Source of the DNA: Eledone cirrhosa
Lineage: Eukaryota
Length of the DNA: 64,000 bases
Direction: 5' to 3'
Assembly (NCBI GenBank): GCA_964016885.1
Contig: OZ024742.1
Coordinates: 88,536,001-88,600,000, forward strand
Shown here piece by piece: positions 62,804 to 64,000 of this stretch; the first letter of the stretch is position 1; each line of letters begins with the position of its first letter. The translations under genes were made by a program, and so were the position numbers. Under the pieces are notes generated by a model, which saw nothing but the letters and a program-made list of their open reading frames with translations, did no database searches and was not told where the DNA came from.

Positions 62804-62848
62804 TTCTACAGGACGAGAACTGTTTCATTCGGGAGAAATCATCAGGAA
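62804..62848 (-). ncRNA. type I hammerhead motif in a probable PLE 3' remnant
   Basis: reverse complement: ttc-CTGATGA-t ttc tccc gaa t-GAAA-cag ttctcgtc ctg-TA-gaa. Confidence 0.6.
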
Positions 62849-63269
62849 GACGATGTCCGAGTAATATGGAGGTATTCATACATCTTCTGGTGGTAGGAGA
62901 GGGTGGGGCTAGGGATGGGTCGAGGTCATTGATTGATGGATTTAAAAGAAGGGGAATTCTTTAAAAACTATATTTAGAGAAACAAAGGCAGACAAAAATT
63001 CAAGATAAGTACATATAGAAAAACTGAGAGGCACACCTAATTTTTAATGTTCATTTATTCCAAACAAACAATGGCTATTCATTGGAGACGTCTGCAAAAA
63101 TTGGCTGGTGCCTACAATCACACACACACACACCCTCACAGCCACACACAAACACACACCTGTATATAAATGTATATATATATATGTGTGTGTGTATATA
63201 TATATATATGCACACATACACATACATACACACATAACCACATATCAATATATATATATATACATATAA

Positions 63270-63312
<43 letters not shown>

Positions 63313-64000
63313 CATATATATACGTATATATATATAATATTAAAGATATTATTTATAGTTATGTATATACTATACTTTAAACAAATATAAACAGGGAAGG
63401 TCAGTAATTTATTACCACCTTATTACCAGTAAGAGAAATAGCTCAATGTAAGAACATCAGTTTTACAGAGCAGTAATATAGATATATTATATGTCGCATC
63501 CATTCTACTCTGTAAACATGAAACTGTTGTCGAAAACATCAATATATATGTACCTGTATGATTCTTCATTTGAATAGGAGGTTAATTATTTGTACAAACA
63601 TTGATAATGCTCCGAGGACACCAAGCTTATGTTTGGAAGAAACAATTGTCAGCGATTAAATGTTTTTCACATAACTTTGATACTTGTGTAATCTCTCTCT
63701 ATATATATATGTGTGTGGGGGGGGGTAGTATGGTTGCTAGGATGCGTACATAGGTGGTATGCCCGTTGAGCATTCTATGCTCCTTCGGAGCAGAGTATGA
63801 TAATGTGGAAAATGAAGAATCAGTGATGCATAGGAACACAATTATTTATACACATTACAATTGTTTCTCGTGCAAACAGCCCGAGGTGCGGTCTGTTTGT
63901 GGATCGAACCTGACTCTGGATTCGCAAGTTCCTCAGATACGTCTAGTGATTTCGAAGCAAATTCTCGTTTTGCTGGACTCCGACCCTTCGAATTGTTATC

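Overview
AT-rich, microsatellite-saturated animal genomic DNA. The SINE family and (TA)n/(CA)n density suggest an octopod or other coleoid cephalopod (inference). There is no convincing host gene apart from a possible signal-peptide exon at the very start, so the window may be one large intron. Most ORFs in the track are translated microsatellites. The real content is transposon-derived: a decayed L1/Tx1-type LINE, a CR1-type LINE, a CRE-type fragment, a Tc1/mariner remnant, about 8 copies of a tRNA-derived SINE, and a dense cluster of Penelope-like elements (PLEs; Naiad-, Nematis- and Neptune-like by motif). The PLEs and their short non-coding derivatives share one architecture: each sits in a (TA)n tract, and about 16 are head-to-head foldbacks with 3' ends facing outward. 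About 20 type I hammerhead ribozyme (HHR) motifs can be folded by eye in their 3' regions. Several families use a U3-A8 core (UUGANAA) instead of C3-G8, and one has GCAA for GAAA in all three copies. The best novelty candidate is a non-coding 595-bp unit bounded by tandem U3-A8 hammerheads (55881-57195), which resembles a retrozyme that could yield a circular RNA. All motifs were read and folded manually, and clade names are tentative.
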